DNA of 64,000 nt, taken from Monocercomonoides exilis PA203 (Eukaryota > Protista > Preaxostyla). Both the position numbers and the translations under genes were made by a program. The notes beneath the pieces are model-generated. The model saw only the letters and a list, made by a program, of their open reading frames with translations, had not been told where the DNA came from and ran no database searches. The DNA lies in contig LSRY02000013.1 in NCBI GenBank assembly GCA_001643675.2, positions 620,001-684,000 on the forward strand, given 5' to 3'. Positions 34,717 to 47,900 of this stretch are shown here, piece after piece. The stretch's first letter is position 1. The number at the start of each line of letters is the position of its first letter.

Positions 34717-37064
34717 TATTTGCTTCTCTCATCCAGTCACAAGCATCGCCATCGTTCCCAGCCCTCGTATTCATCTCTTAATCTCTCTCTTTTTTCTTTT
34801 TTGCTTTTGGTGAATAATTACAAGAAAGAATGAAATAAGCGCTGTCTATGGCCTCTGAAGGCTTTCTTTTCTTTTCTTTTCTTTTCTTTTCTTTTGTTTC
34901 TGTTGCCTCCAGACAGGGCTTGGCATTTGCCTGCCAGAGTCTGATGTTTGCGTTTTTCTGTGTTGTTTTTGCACTTCGCTCGAAAGTGATTTTTCACAAC
35001 CACTTCCCTTTTATTGCTTGTAAACCCACTTCAAAATGGAAAGACATCGAGGCAAATGATTTCTAAAATCCTTTGATCTTCCTCTGTGAATTGCCTTCTT
35101 TTCTGAAATGAATGCTCCTCAAAAAATAAATCCCAGCATCCTTGCTTTGGCTTGGCCAAGAAATCAAAATCAAAATCAAAAATGTGACATCGTTGGCACC
35201 TGCGCAAAAACCCAGAATGCACCTTTCTCAGCCTTGGCCATATTTCTAGAGCCATGCCAAGATGACTTTTTTTTATTCATTCAAAACATGAAATATAACA
35301 ATATAAAAATTGTTGAGATAAAAACAACAGCAAACGACGTGAAAGGAAATGGCACTCAAAGAAATGAGAGGCTTCAAATAAGTTCCATCAAAATGAAGAG
35401 AGAAACACTCTGGAATTTATTTTTTTCTTTAAAGCTCATTGCCTCATTCTTTCAAACTATTCGAGACAAAAGGCAAGAAGCTGAGTCATCATGTGCATTC
35501 TTGCAGCGATTGCACCCAGCAACTTGCATTCCCGTTCCATCCCAAAATAACTGCATTAACCAATGAAAAATTCCCAGCTCCATTTGCAAGGCGCAGATTC
35601 GCAGAGTATCCCCTTCCACTTTGTCATCCTTTTTGCGTTTCGGCGTTGATCACCAGCTTGGCACTTTCAGCCGAAGCATAAATATCTCTTCCCTTTGTAA
35701 ATAGAAGCGCGCTTTCGCTGCCGATGACACAAACAAAAATAAGGCACTCAAGCTTCAGCTTTCAATTAACTTGCGATGCTCCAGGGGAAAAATAAAATTA
35801 AAAAAAATGTAATTGTGAACCAATGGAACATTTGCTGGCCATTTATTGAACGCTCCAACTTGATCGGAATATCGCTTCTCTGCTTCCATTCGCAGCATCC
35901 CTTGTTTCCAGTTTGAAGAATCTGTTATCGCCACAGCTCCATGCCCTCCAATCAACACATGCACCTGCCATTTGGATGCATGTCCGTCAATAAAAGCGCT
36001 GGTTTTCCTTTTCCTCATATCCTTTTCCTTCCAGAATCTGTCTTTTAGGTGTAGCAAAGATACAAATACCGAAGCACGCAAAATTATTTGTCGGCAAGCG
36101 TATCATACAGTCAGTGTCAATTTCAGTTCTTGTTCGTTCAGCCATTTTCTTTGCTTTTCGCTGGCAAACATCCCTCGCATTTTCGCTTTCCACAAAATGT
36201 GACATGGCGCCTGCACGTTTTGGGGGAAAAAAAAAATAAAATAAAAAGGAAAAGTGCCAATAAAAGCAAACTGAGCTGAAGCCTCTTCAGCTGGCCATTT
36301 CCCAAACGATTTTTCTGCCAATATAGCTCTTATGGAATTTCTCAACAAAAAGTTCTAAAAAAGAAAAAAAGCTGTTCTTTTCAACAAAAACATCCCTTCC
36401 ATTCATAAAAATTCCAAACCTCTTTTTTTTCTTGCACCTACGATGCATTCAATATTTTTATGATCGGATCCTCAAACAGAAGCAAAGGCTAGATTCTTTT
36501 TCCATTTTTGGAAAATAAAAATAAGACATCGAAAAGAAAAGGCATTTCACGCTCGATATTGGACAATTCTAAAAGATTGCATGTCTTGAGATATGTTTTA
36601 TTGTTTTATTGCAAGCAATGTCTTTCTGTGCTGGCACCAGGCATTCCCTCGTTTTTTGAGTCATCGAAAAGAATCTCCACAAAAATGAGAGAAATGAAAT
36701 AAAAGAACATTATCATCTCCAATGAAAATAGCTTTTGCTCAGTGGCTTCTCGCAACGGTCGCTCATCGCAGAACAACCACAGTCCGGCACACAAATTGAT
36801 AGGAAAACAAAAATCATCTTCCAAATGACACGCTCTCTGCACAAATTGCAGACTTTGCTCAATGCTTAAATTCTATCAAATCCAGCAACATTGCACGTTC
36901 ATCCGTTTTTGTGCTGCCTAAGAGCAAATACACGCTTTTTGTTCTCAATTTTTGATTTTGAAGATATTATTATTCATTGATCATTTCGCTTCAAAATCTT
37001 TCAAACAAAGTGAACATATTTTTTAAAAAGAAGCACATATTCGAATGTATCTATTAATAATTGG
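33352..37064 (+). repeat. Left arm of a 3.7-kb inverted repeat
   Basis: Reverse complement of 38283-41992. The short ORFs in the track are mirrored with identical translations (e.g. 36606..36842 vs 38505..38741). Confidence 0.95.
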
Positions 37065-37213
37065 ACTGATATGATACAAAAGGAAAAACATTCAAACGAT
37101 TGAGAAATTTGATTTTTTAAAAAATGAAATCATTGAAAAAAATAAACTTTTTCAAGAGATGAATTCATAATTTTCTATATTAAAAATTTATTTTAAAATA
37201 TAATTTTTAACGG

Positions 37214-37249
37214 ACCAATTGATTTGACGCACTATTAAAATCAATTGGT
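37214..37249. promoter_or_regulatory. Perfect 12-bp inverted repeat with 12-nt spacer upstream of the Rab-like gene
   Basis: ACCAATTGATTT-N12-AAATCAATTGGT, ending 58 nt before the ATG. Function unknown. Confidence 0.35.
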
Positions 37250-37307
37250 GAAATTTTTCCAAAAATGATAATAAAAGATCTGAACATAATAAAAATGTTT
37301 CTTTTTG

Positions 37308-37925
37308 ATGAGCGAAACAGAAGAGGAATTGAAGATGTGGCTAAACGTAATCGGTAAGTATGGAGTAGGTGTCACTTCACTGATTCAAAAATACGTTGAT
37401 GGACACCTACACAATTCTAGAACTGGAATAGGTATTGATTTCAAATCAAAAAATGTTTCTGTTGATGATAAAAATGTTCAGGCGTATTTTATTGATGTGC
37501 CTTTCAATCATCTGACTTTGATTCCGAGAGTTTATTTTCGAGTGTCAGATGCTTGTGCACTTGTCTTCAGACTGTCATCGCGTGATTCTTTTGATAACTT
37601 GAAAGAGATGAAAAAACAGATAGACGACACACTGGCGAACTTATCGAATGATTGTCCACTTGTGCTTATTGGAAACGGAAGCGATCAGAGGGAGCATCGG
37701 GCTGTCAACCGATTTGAGGTGGAAGACTGGTGCAAAAAAGAGGGATTTTGTGGGTATTTTGAGACGTCAGCAGAAACAGGAGAGAATGTGGATGAGGCAT
37801 TCACGGAGCTGATACGGCTGGGCTTGAGCTACCACGAATCCAAAGACATTGAAGCAGAAGAGGATGTTACTGAGGAGCCGTCTGCCAAAAACGAGAAATC
37901 ATCATTCAAATGTTTTCTGATGTGA
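37308..37925 (+). CDS. Divergent Rab-like small GTPase (probable pseudo-GTPase), 205 aa, with CaaX
   Basis: GKYGVGVTS (P-loop), IGIDF (RabF1-like), YFR, LVLIGNGSD, FETSAETGENVDEAF, and C-terminal CFLM. Confidence 0.85.
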   Translation: MSETEEELKMWLNVIGKYGVGVTSLIQKYVDGHLHNSRTGIGIDFKSKNVSVDDKNVQAYFIDVPFNHLTLIPRVYFRVSDACALVFRLSSRDSFDNLKEMKKQIDDTLANLSNDCPLVLIGNGSDQREHRAVNRFEVEDWCKKEGFCGYFETSAETGENVDEAFTELIRLGLSYHESKDIEAEEDVTEEPSAKNEKSSFKCFLM

Positions 37926-38282
37926 AATAGAGGATTTCTAAATTAATATTGTATTTTTTATTTTTTATTTTTTATTTATTTTATTTCTTTTAGTTTCTTT
38001 TGGAATATCTTTTGGAATTTAATTTACCTTTCGAGTATTTTCAAGATGATTTTTGTATGAATGTATGTTTGAATGCTTTTCAATGATGAATTTTTCTGTT
38101 TCTTTTTTACAAATTCCAAAGGATTTTGTTTTGAAATTGCATTTGAGTTTTGGAAAATAAATTATTTTTTAAATAAGATGAACTGACAATTTTGTTTGTT
38201 TTACATGAACATTTGTTTATTTTCTTTTCCAGTATTTCGAATTTTTGAAGGTGTTTGAAAATTTATTTTGAATCAAATCGAA

Positions 38283-41200
38283 CCAATTATTAATTGATAC
38301 ATTCGAATATGTGCTTCTTTTTAAAAAATATGTTCACTTTGTTTGAAAGATTTTGAAGCGAAATGATCAATGAATAATAATATCTTCAAAATCAAAAATT
38401 GAGAACAAAAAGCGTGTATTTGCTCTTAGGCAGCACAAAAACGGATGAACGTGCAATGTTGCTGGATTTGATAGAATTTAAGCATTGAGCAAAGTCTGCA
38501 ATTTGTGCAGAGAGCGTGTCATTTGGAAGATGATTTTTGTTTTCCTATCAATTTGTGTGCCGGACTGTGGTTGTTCTGCGATGAGCGACCGTTGCGAGAA
38601 GCCACTGAGCAAAAGCTATTTTCATTGGAGATGATAATGTTCTTTTATTTCATTTCTCTCATTTTTGTGGAGATTCTTTTCGATGACTCAAAAAACGAGG
38701 GAATGCCTGGTGCCAGCACAGAAAGACATTGCTTGCAATAAAACAATAAAACATATCTCAAGACATGCAATCTTTTAGAATTGTCCAATATCGAGCGTGA
38801 AATGCCTTTTCTTTTCGATGTCTTATTTTTATTTTCCAAAAATGGAAAAAGAATCTAGCCTTTGCTTCTGTTTGAGGATCCGATCATAAAAATATTGAAT
38901 GCATCGTAGGTGCAAGAAAAAAAAAGAGGTTTGGAATTTTTATGAATGGAAGGGATGTTTTTGTTGAAAAGAACAGCTTTTTTCTTTTTTAGAACTTTTT
39001 GTTGAGAAATTCCATAAGAGCTATATTGGCAGAAAAATCGTTTGGGAAATGGCCAGCTGAAGAGGCTTCAGCTCAGTTTGCTTTTATTGGCACTTTTCCT
39101 TTTTATTTTATTTTTTTTTTCCCCCAAAACGTGCAGGCGCCATGTCACATTTTGTGGAAAGCGAAAATGCGAGGGATGTTTGCCAGCGAAAAGCAAAGAA
39201 AATGGCTGAACGAACAAGAACTGAAATTGACACTGACTGTATGATACGCTTGCCGACAAATAATTTTGCGTGCTTCGGTATTTGTATCTTTGCTACACCT
39301 AAAAGACAGATTCTGGAAGGAAAAGGATATGAGGAAAAGGAAAACCAGCGCTTTTATTGACGGACATGCATCCAAATGGCAGGTGCATGTGTTGATTGGA
39401 GGGCATGGAGCTGTGGCGATAACAGATTCTTCAAACTGGAAACAAGGGATGCTGCGAATGGAAGCAGAGAAGCGATATTCCGATCAAGTTGGAGCGTTCA
39501 ATAAATGGCCAGCAAATGTTCCATTGGTTCACAATTACATTTTTTTTAATTTTATTTTTCCCCTGGAGCATCGCAAGTTAATTGAAAGCTGAAGCTTGAG
39601 TGCCTTATTTTTGTTTGTGTCATCGGCAGCGAAAGCGCGCTTCTATTTACAAAGGGAAGAGATATTTATGCTTCGGCTGAAAGTGCCAAGCTGGTGATCA
39701 ACGCCGAAACGCAAAAAGGATGACAAAGTGGAAGGGGATACTCTGCGAATCTGCGCCTTGCAAATGGAGCTGGGAATTTTTCATTGGTTAATGCAGTTAT
39801 TTTGGGATGGAACGGGAATGCAAGTTGCTGGGTGCAATCGCTGCAAGAATGCACATGATGACTCAGCTTCTTGCCTTTTGTCTCGAATAGTTTGAAAGAA
39901 TGAGGCAATGAGCTTTAAAGAAAAAAATAAATTCCAGAGTGTTTCTCTCTTCATTTTGATGGAACTTATTTGAAGCCTCTCATTTCTTTGAGTGCCATTT
40001 CCTTTCACGTCGTTTGCTGTTGTTTTTATCTCAACAATTTTTATATTGTTATATTTCATGTTTTGAATGAATAAAAAAAAGTCATCTTGGCATGGCTCTA
40101 GAAATATGGCCAAGGCTGAGAAAGGTGCATTCTGGGTTTTTGCGCAGGTGCCAACGATGTCACATTTTTGATTTTGATTTTGATTTCTTGGCCAAGCCAA
40201 AGCAAGGATGCTGGGATTTATTTTTTGAGGAGCATTCATTTCAGAAAAGAAGGCAATTCACAGAGGAAGATCAAAGGATTTTAGAAATCATTTGCCTCGA
40301 TGTCTTTCCATTTTGAAGTGGGTTTACAAGCAATAAAAGGGAAGTGGTTGTGAAAAATCACTTTCGAGCGAAGTGCAAAAACAACACAGAAAAACGCAAA
40401 CATCAGACTCTGGCAGGCAAATGCCAAGCCCTGTCTGGAGGCAACAGAAACAAAAGAAAAGAAAAAGAAAAGAAAAAGAAAAGAAAAGCCTTCAGAGGCC
40501 ATAGACAGCGCTTATTTCATTCTTTCTTGTAATTATTCACCAAAAGCAAAAAAGAAAAAAGAGAGAGATTAAGAGATGAATACGAGGGCTGGGAACGATG
40601 GCGATGCTTGTGACTGGATGAGAGAAGCAAATACTAATAGCTGCAGCAGCTGTTTCTGCTGATGGCAGATTGCTGGTTTGTGAAGAGTGCGTCAGTCATT
40701 GTGGGGAGCTTGGCTGACTCGGGGAACTTCTGAAAGAACTCTCTCAAAATGGAGACAAGAGAAGGCCGGTTGGAAGGCTGAAAGGAGAGGCATTCGCTGA
40801 CGACCAAAGAGAATGAGCTTGCAGCATTTCCGCACATGCTCAAAGCCTCTCCTTTTGCAATCTTGTCTCCAGCAATCACAGCCTCGTACTCCCCGAACGG
40901 GATGTGGAGTGTCAGGCACTCCCACAGCATCATCCCGATCGAGAACACCACCGACTTCTTTGTTGCCTTCATGTTCTTGTTGATCAGCAGCTCTGGTGCC
41001 TTCCACCTCAGACACTCTTTTTTGAAGCTATCTTCATCCTCAAATGCCGATGAGGGAAGGGAGTCATCATTGTCATCATCATCACTGGCAGATGTCACAA
41101 CAGTTGATGATGAGATCGATGATGAATCAGAGTCATCTGATAAAAGGTCTGAGTGCATGACAATGCAGATGACCATGTGCTCCGAGAATAATACGATGTG

Positions 41201-41992
41201 AGGGCTCAGATTGGCAAGCGATTGGAGTGGATTTTCCATCTCATCAAAGGAGTGGAGAGCGAGATTAGCCACCCAGAACAGGATTTGGGCAGCCGAGACT
41301 TCCCTTTCTTGAAGAGTACCAATCGGCATTTCCTTTGTCTTATTCCTCCCATGAAGCATCATGAACAGCGAATCTCTCAGATCAACAATCAGCTTCTCAT
41401 GTGGAGTTGAACACGCCATGGCATCCACCAGATTGGACATGGAAGAGGTGGTTGGGCACAGATCTTCCCTTCGAACAAAAGTGGATTCAGTGTCTGAAGT
41501 GTCTGTAGTTGAAGTGGATGAAGTGGATGGTGATGGTGTTCTCTTCCTTATCTCTTCTTCTTCATCTTTCTCCAACATCCATTCAGGAATCTTATCTGAA
41601 TCCTTTCCCAAGATATATTCAGTTGATCCACTCTCAGCCAGCAAATGCTCTGACGATTCTGAATGCTGAAGGCTTTTCGCATATACTCTTTTCTTCATCC
41701 TCTCTTCATTCTTCTTCTCAGTCTCCCTCTCTGCTCTCCTCCACTGCTCTTCTGGCGACATCTCCATCGTCACCATCTCGAATGCCTTCGGATCCTTTCT
41801 GATGTTATCATTCACAATCTCTCTCAGATCTTCTGCTTCATTCTTTGCCTTTCTCCATCGAACAGCCAGAACAATTGAAGCAATCAGAACAATCAATAGA
41901 ACAACAGCCAAAATAACAACCACAATTGGCCATATTGATTTTTCTTTGTTTTTTCCTTCAACAATCCTTTCATCTCCACTTGTCTGAGACTC
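38283..41992 (-). repeat. Right arm of the 3.7-kb inverted repeat
   Basis: Mirror of 33352-37064. It differs by a 3-nt indel in a (CTTTT)n tract, a 6-nt coding indel and one diverged patch. Confidence 0.95.
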
Positions 41993-44900
41993 GCTCTTGT
42001 TCTTCAGAATAAAAGAATCAGTTGATGAAAAGGCCTTGCCTTTACCAAACAAAATACAGACAAAAACCTCTTCTTCTCTTGCAGCCGAATTTATAAGAGA
42101 CATGCTAATCTTTCCTTTCGCTTCATTTTCGGAATTGAAGTTGTCTTCAGAAAGCGGAAAAGTCTCTATTGAGCTGACATCATCTATCTTTGACACAATC
42201 TGGAAACTCAGATTGCATGGGATGAGGAGCCTTCCTTTGAAAGTCAGTTCAGCAGCATCTCCATTTTCTTTCACTTCTACAGCGCTCAGTGATGGGATAA
42301 AGAATTCAGATAGCCTTTCAGTTGGAATCCCCGTGAGCTCACATCCTTCATTCAAAATCCACAGTGATGTGTTTGGCAGTAGTCCATCTCCTCCCTTCAA
42401 GCTGTCGATCTCAAGCTTTCCGTTGTGTTCGCAGAGGATGTTTCTTCTGATTGAAGGGAATCTGGCGATTGATGGATCATTGCCCACAAACTCTCCTTTC
42501 ACAATTCGAACGCTTACTCCAGAAGCAGATAGACCGCCGTGTGATGCGTTGGAAAACAAGGTATCTGAGATGGAAGCGGTGCTTCTTTCAAGGCTCGCCA
42601 GCGAGCTGTTCCAGGAGCAAAGCTCGGATGATTGCGAATTTATGTTGTTTTCTTCTCTGTTTGAAAGATCTGTATTATCAAACAGGCACGAGCTGATGCA
42701 AATGTCAGTACATGATGTGAATGACACAAATCCACCTTTCATCGCAGATGAATGACTGTCCACAATGCTGCATTCTTTTAAAGAAACATTTTTGGCATTT
42801 GCGAACGAAATCAAAGGTGCCCCATAGTCTTTCTCGAAGCACCCATCGAAAGAGGTGTTGCATATCTCAAACATTCCATCATCGCATATGATGACACTTG
42901 CATAATAATCCATGCTCTTGAAAGAGCAAGATGTGACCTTGACATTTCCTGTGCAGCTGCTTATTGCAGACGATGCCAAGTGGAGTCCAGAAAAAGCACA
43001 CTCACTGAAATAGACATCTCCAGAAAGCACTGTGAATAAAGTGCAAGGAATGGAAAGCTGGGATTGGTCAGTTCTTGGAGATGTGAACGAGCACGATTCC
43101 ATCCTCAAACTGTCGGAGCTCATAAAGATGAAAGAAGAATGTGAGGCAAGAGCATTTCTTTCAAATACAAAGCTCAGACGAGACAAAATCACATGATTCT
43201 GAATTGTGATAAGAGACACGCCTGCCTGGGATATGCCTGCCTGAACTCGAATGGCTGCATCATTTCTTTTGAGAGACGTGAGGGTCATGTTGTCCAAAAT
43301 GCATTCTTCATCAACGACAGATTCACCATCAACAAGCATCATGCTTGTGATGTCGCTTGACAAGTGGAAGCAGGCATAACCAATCGAAAAGCATGGCATC
43401 TTGGCCGATCCGCATTGTCTCTCGTTTTTTCCGTTTTTGCCATCATCAGAAGACACGATGATGAGATCAGACTCATATATTGTGATGAAGTCCATCAAGT
43501 TTGTGTCGCTCATGTGATCTGTTGTGTCTGAGCCATAGATGGCGTTGATAGACGAATACACACCCTCTTTCAAGGAAAACCTGAACTGGGTTTCGTTGAT
43601 CTGTTTTGTGATGTTTTGGCACAGAATGAAGATGTCATTCCCAACGCCTGCTGTGTTTCCCGTGAAGAACATTTTCTGAAACAGAATGTCCAAAGTTCCC
43701 TCCACTTTTGTCGACACGTGGATGCCTCCTCCCCTCCCGCTCATTGAGCAGCTGCATCTTGTCATTGTTGTGTCACTTATTCTCAACTCACCCCCATCGT
43801 TCAGGAAGAACGACACTGCGCCACCCTTCATGCTCATTTCAGCCTTGCAGTCAACAAACTGTGATCTGCTTATCAAAACGACGAGGCTATTTTGGCCAGT
43901 GGAATGAATAGCGCTTCCGCCATTGTCGTTTCTTGTCACTGAAGAAAGGGCCGAATCTGTCACGTTAATCAATCCAATCCCATTTGCCGCATTTGTTGAA
44001 GACACACTTTCAAAAGCGCAGCCACGATCAATTGTGCACTGGGAAATCTTCACAGCGTGAAATTCACACACACACGCATCGTGCATCACGAACACACTTT
44101 TCCGCACCGATGAAGATTTCATCTCAAGATCATCGACACTGAGCTTTCCTCTCCCCATCAGCACAAACGAACAGTCTGCTTCTCTGTTATCTGCCGCATT
44201 GCTTTGAAAGGCACATCTTCTCAACAACAGCTCATCTCCTTCACTGAGGATCACACAATCAGCCGAGTTCTCAAAGTTTTTGCCAATGGACAGCATTATC
44301 GCGCATATGGACATCTCATTTCTGTTCAGCGCATATGCACCACTTGTTCCATTCATCTTTTTTGAAAAAACAATTTCGCTTTGACTATCTTCTTCTTTCA
44401 GAATTGAGGCAGAAGCCACTGCAAAACCTGAGAGATCATATTCATTATCCACATTTGCAACCCCTTCAATGAAGATTTGTTTGCCATCATCCGTGTGACT
44501 GAGGTGATTCACGCCAGTCCAGAATGATTCGCATGGATCATCTTCGCTTCCGCATCGCAGCACATCTGCACCACTGGAGGAAACAAAAATGGTATTATTT
44601 GCATATGGAATTAAAAATCTGAATAAATCGGTGTCAGTGAAAATATCATCACTCCCCACAAACACATTTGAATCGTTGATCAACCCAGAGTAGTTGAAAG
44701 AGAATGCCTGCGTTGTTATGGAGCTGTTCAAGCTTGCTGAAAGCACGAATATGTTCTTTCCAATCTTTGCAACATTCATCGAAAACACAGTGTTGTTGAA
44801 TAAAAATTGCTCTGTTGCATAAGCCTCTGTGCAGTCAATGAAGCAAGCCCCTCCATTCCCATTGTTCTGTGAGCATCCACTATTCGTCATGGAAACATCC

Positions 44901-47900
44901 TCCATGTGCAATCTTTCATGTGCATGAAGATTGATTTTCATAATCCCTCCGGCACAACTGTCTGGAGCTGATATATCGTTGAACGAACAAGAGCGAATAC
45001 TCATGGGTGAGGCAATGGCAAAAGGAGTCTCCGAAAAATGAAGACTCTGAACTGAACAGTTGCACAACTCCACATCTCCTCCTGTTGTTGAAAGAAGAGA
45101 AAACTGCAAAATCATATCGTGTGATGGTGAATACAGCTCAAAAGAGCAGCTTTGCAAAGAAACGTGCGAGACTGATATGGCATCTGAAGATGAAGAAATG
45201 AGACTTGCTTGATCTGGAACAAATGTTGTTGGGACAGAAAATATGATATGAAGAAACAAAAAGCCGCCTGAAGCATGAAATATGGGATTGCTGCCCGTTG
45301 TTTCGAGCGTTGGTTCAAACCTCAGGCGGCTCATTATCTCTGATGAACAAGACGAAATGTTCATTTTTGAGATATCAAAAGAATCTCTGACAGATGTATT
45401 TTTATCGATCAGCATGTTCTTTTCCTCGGAGCTACTGTCAATGTGCCAATATCCATGCCTGAAAGTCTGGCATGGAACAGCCTCGTCACCACAGCCCGCA
45501 ATGTCCGCGCCTTGGCGTGAAACGACAATTCTGTTTGAACTGAATGGCACCAAAAACAGAACAAGGTCCATTGTTCTCTCAGCAAAGGCTGTGAAGTCTG
45601 TTCCCTCGGCAAACACGAGTTTTGTGTTGTTTGAGTCGAACATTTTGAAGTTGAATCGTTCGTTTGTTATTGATTCGTTGAGGCTTTTGCATTCAACAAA
45701 AATGTCCCTGCCTTTGTGCGCTTTGTTGCCTCGAAATGTCAAAGATACAAATGAAAATGTGTTTGACGAATCGTTAAAAGCATGCAAGAATATTGCCCCT
45801 CCACGACTTCTTTCCTCATCAACCCAGCAGTTTTCAAACGAAACATTTTGAACAGTGAGACTGGACTTGCCTCCGATCTTGCAGTTTATCCCTCCACCTT
45901 CACTTATCAAGGTTTTGCATCTATCAAATGTCGAATTGAATATCTCCAGTCGAGATGCATTTGTGGCACATATTGCAACACCATTTGAAGCGCCACAATT
46001 TGTGACTGACGATCTGTTGAGAATCAAGGCAGCACCAATGCCACAACAAAACAATTCATCTCCGTCAATGTTAATATTTGCAACAACTGTCTGAGTCACA
46101 ACCACTGTTCCTCGATCAGCTTTGCATATTCCACAGTTCGATCCAAATTGAATGTTTTCTATTTTGAGATCATCAAACTGGATTGTACTTCCTTCCCCTC
46201 GGACAACCCACATATATGAATTTGTGCACTCTATTTCTGTATCTCCAAAAATGCATGAAACAATGCTCACACGGCCAACGCTTCCCACAATCACTTCTGA
46301 GTGTTCGCCTGGTGTCGATGGCACAAAAAACAGCAGGTTCTGGAGAGTGAGTGAAGTGGATGCTGGGCCAGACGAGAGCTGAATATGGCCTTGTGTTGCA
46401 ACATGCATTTCAGATTTATCATCACCTCCGCGGATTGTCAGCTTTTCTTCTTTTCGATCTATTTCTCCCAAGAGCCATGCTGAGTTCTGTATATGTAGGA
46501 TTGTTTTTGATGTGCCCAATTTTTCATATCCAAAGCCCAACTCCTTGCATGGATTGACTCCCGAGCCGCAACTTCCCATTTCATTCCCCAATGATTCGTC
46601 CACATAAATGATATCATCATCTGTTGGAAACAGAAAGCGCAAGAGTGTCATATTGATGCGAGCATCTGTGAAGTCAAACACCCACTTGTTCCTCTCTTCT
46701 TCACCTCTTTCAGCAGTTCCTGCCCACAGCAGCGGATCGACAATTGTGCTTGGCTTTGTGCAGTTGAGGAAGATGTCTTTTCCCCAGAGTGCATCATTGC
46801 CTTCAAGCACAACATTCTTCATTGAATATGCAACTTCCACACTTTCGAAAGTGATGAGCAATCCTCCTCCATCTCCATCAATTGCTGGAACTTTGCTTCG
46901 GCATACGCTGTTGTTGTCGAACAACAATTCTCCACCGCTCAACACTTTCACGTGCAAGCTCCCTCCTTGGGAGCCAGATGACGAGCAAACAATGTCATCA
47001 AAGATGCATCCATTGATCTGCATGCTATTTTCATTTCCCACAACACCCACCACAGAGCATCCACCATCAGTCGTTCTTTTCAGTCCGCTCATGTTGCATT
47101 CAAGAAGAGTTAGCCCACAAGCCTCTTCCACCAAAATGGTGCAATGGCTGGAATATGTGCTGTTGGCCGATGATAAATTCTGAAAGACTGGATGAGCACC
47201 ATGCTTTATCTCAACAAGTCCTCCTGCTTCTGTTCTTTTAACATTACTCATTGTCATTGCACTGACTGTGAAATTTGCTTCTTTTCCGGAGAATTCAAAG
47301 GCGCTGACTCCACTGAATTCTATCTCCGATAAACCAAACCCGTCAATTTCGATGGTGCAGTCAGTTGCCACAATAAGACTGTATTTGCACTGCAGCCCTG
47401 CAACTTTCATCTCCAAATCTACATCCTTGAATGAAAGGGTTGATTTGCTGCACAGAAAAAGACTGTTCAATGAACAAGGAGCGAAAAACGATGGGAGGAG
47501 AAATGTTAATATGGAAAATGCAACTGATGTTCTGATTTCGAAAAAACTGCTCACCTTGAGGTTTTCTTCAATTCCTTCGACTTTGACTTTTTCTCCTTTG
47601 CTCTCCACATCTATCTCATATGCTTTGTCCGAGAATATTACTGACTTGCTGAAAGAAAATGAGCTTTGCAAGCGAATTGCCGCCTTTTCTTCATTGAACC
47701 GATTATTCCCAGCATATGTTATTGTGCTGCACGGATACCAGTCAAACCCGCATAAAGGATAATCCACACCTCCAACACCGTTCACAAATGCTGGAGTGTT
47801 CCATTCTGCTTCAAACAAGGCGAGAGGGATTTCTATGGCTTCATCATTGCCATATCCACAAAAGTCATTCCATCTTTCTCTTTCAGTTGGCATATTCAGT

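Noticed and set aside
34818-40532. Duplicated short ORFs in the inverted arms (e.g. the 152-aa and 108-aa pairs)
   Set aside because: No motifs or coding-like composition; duplicated only because the DNA is mirrored.
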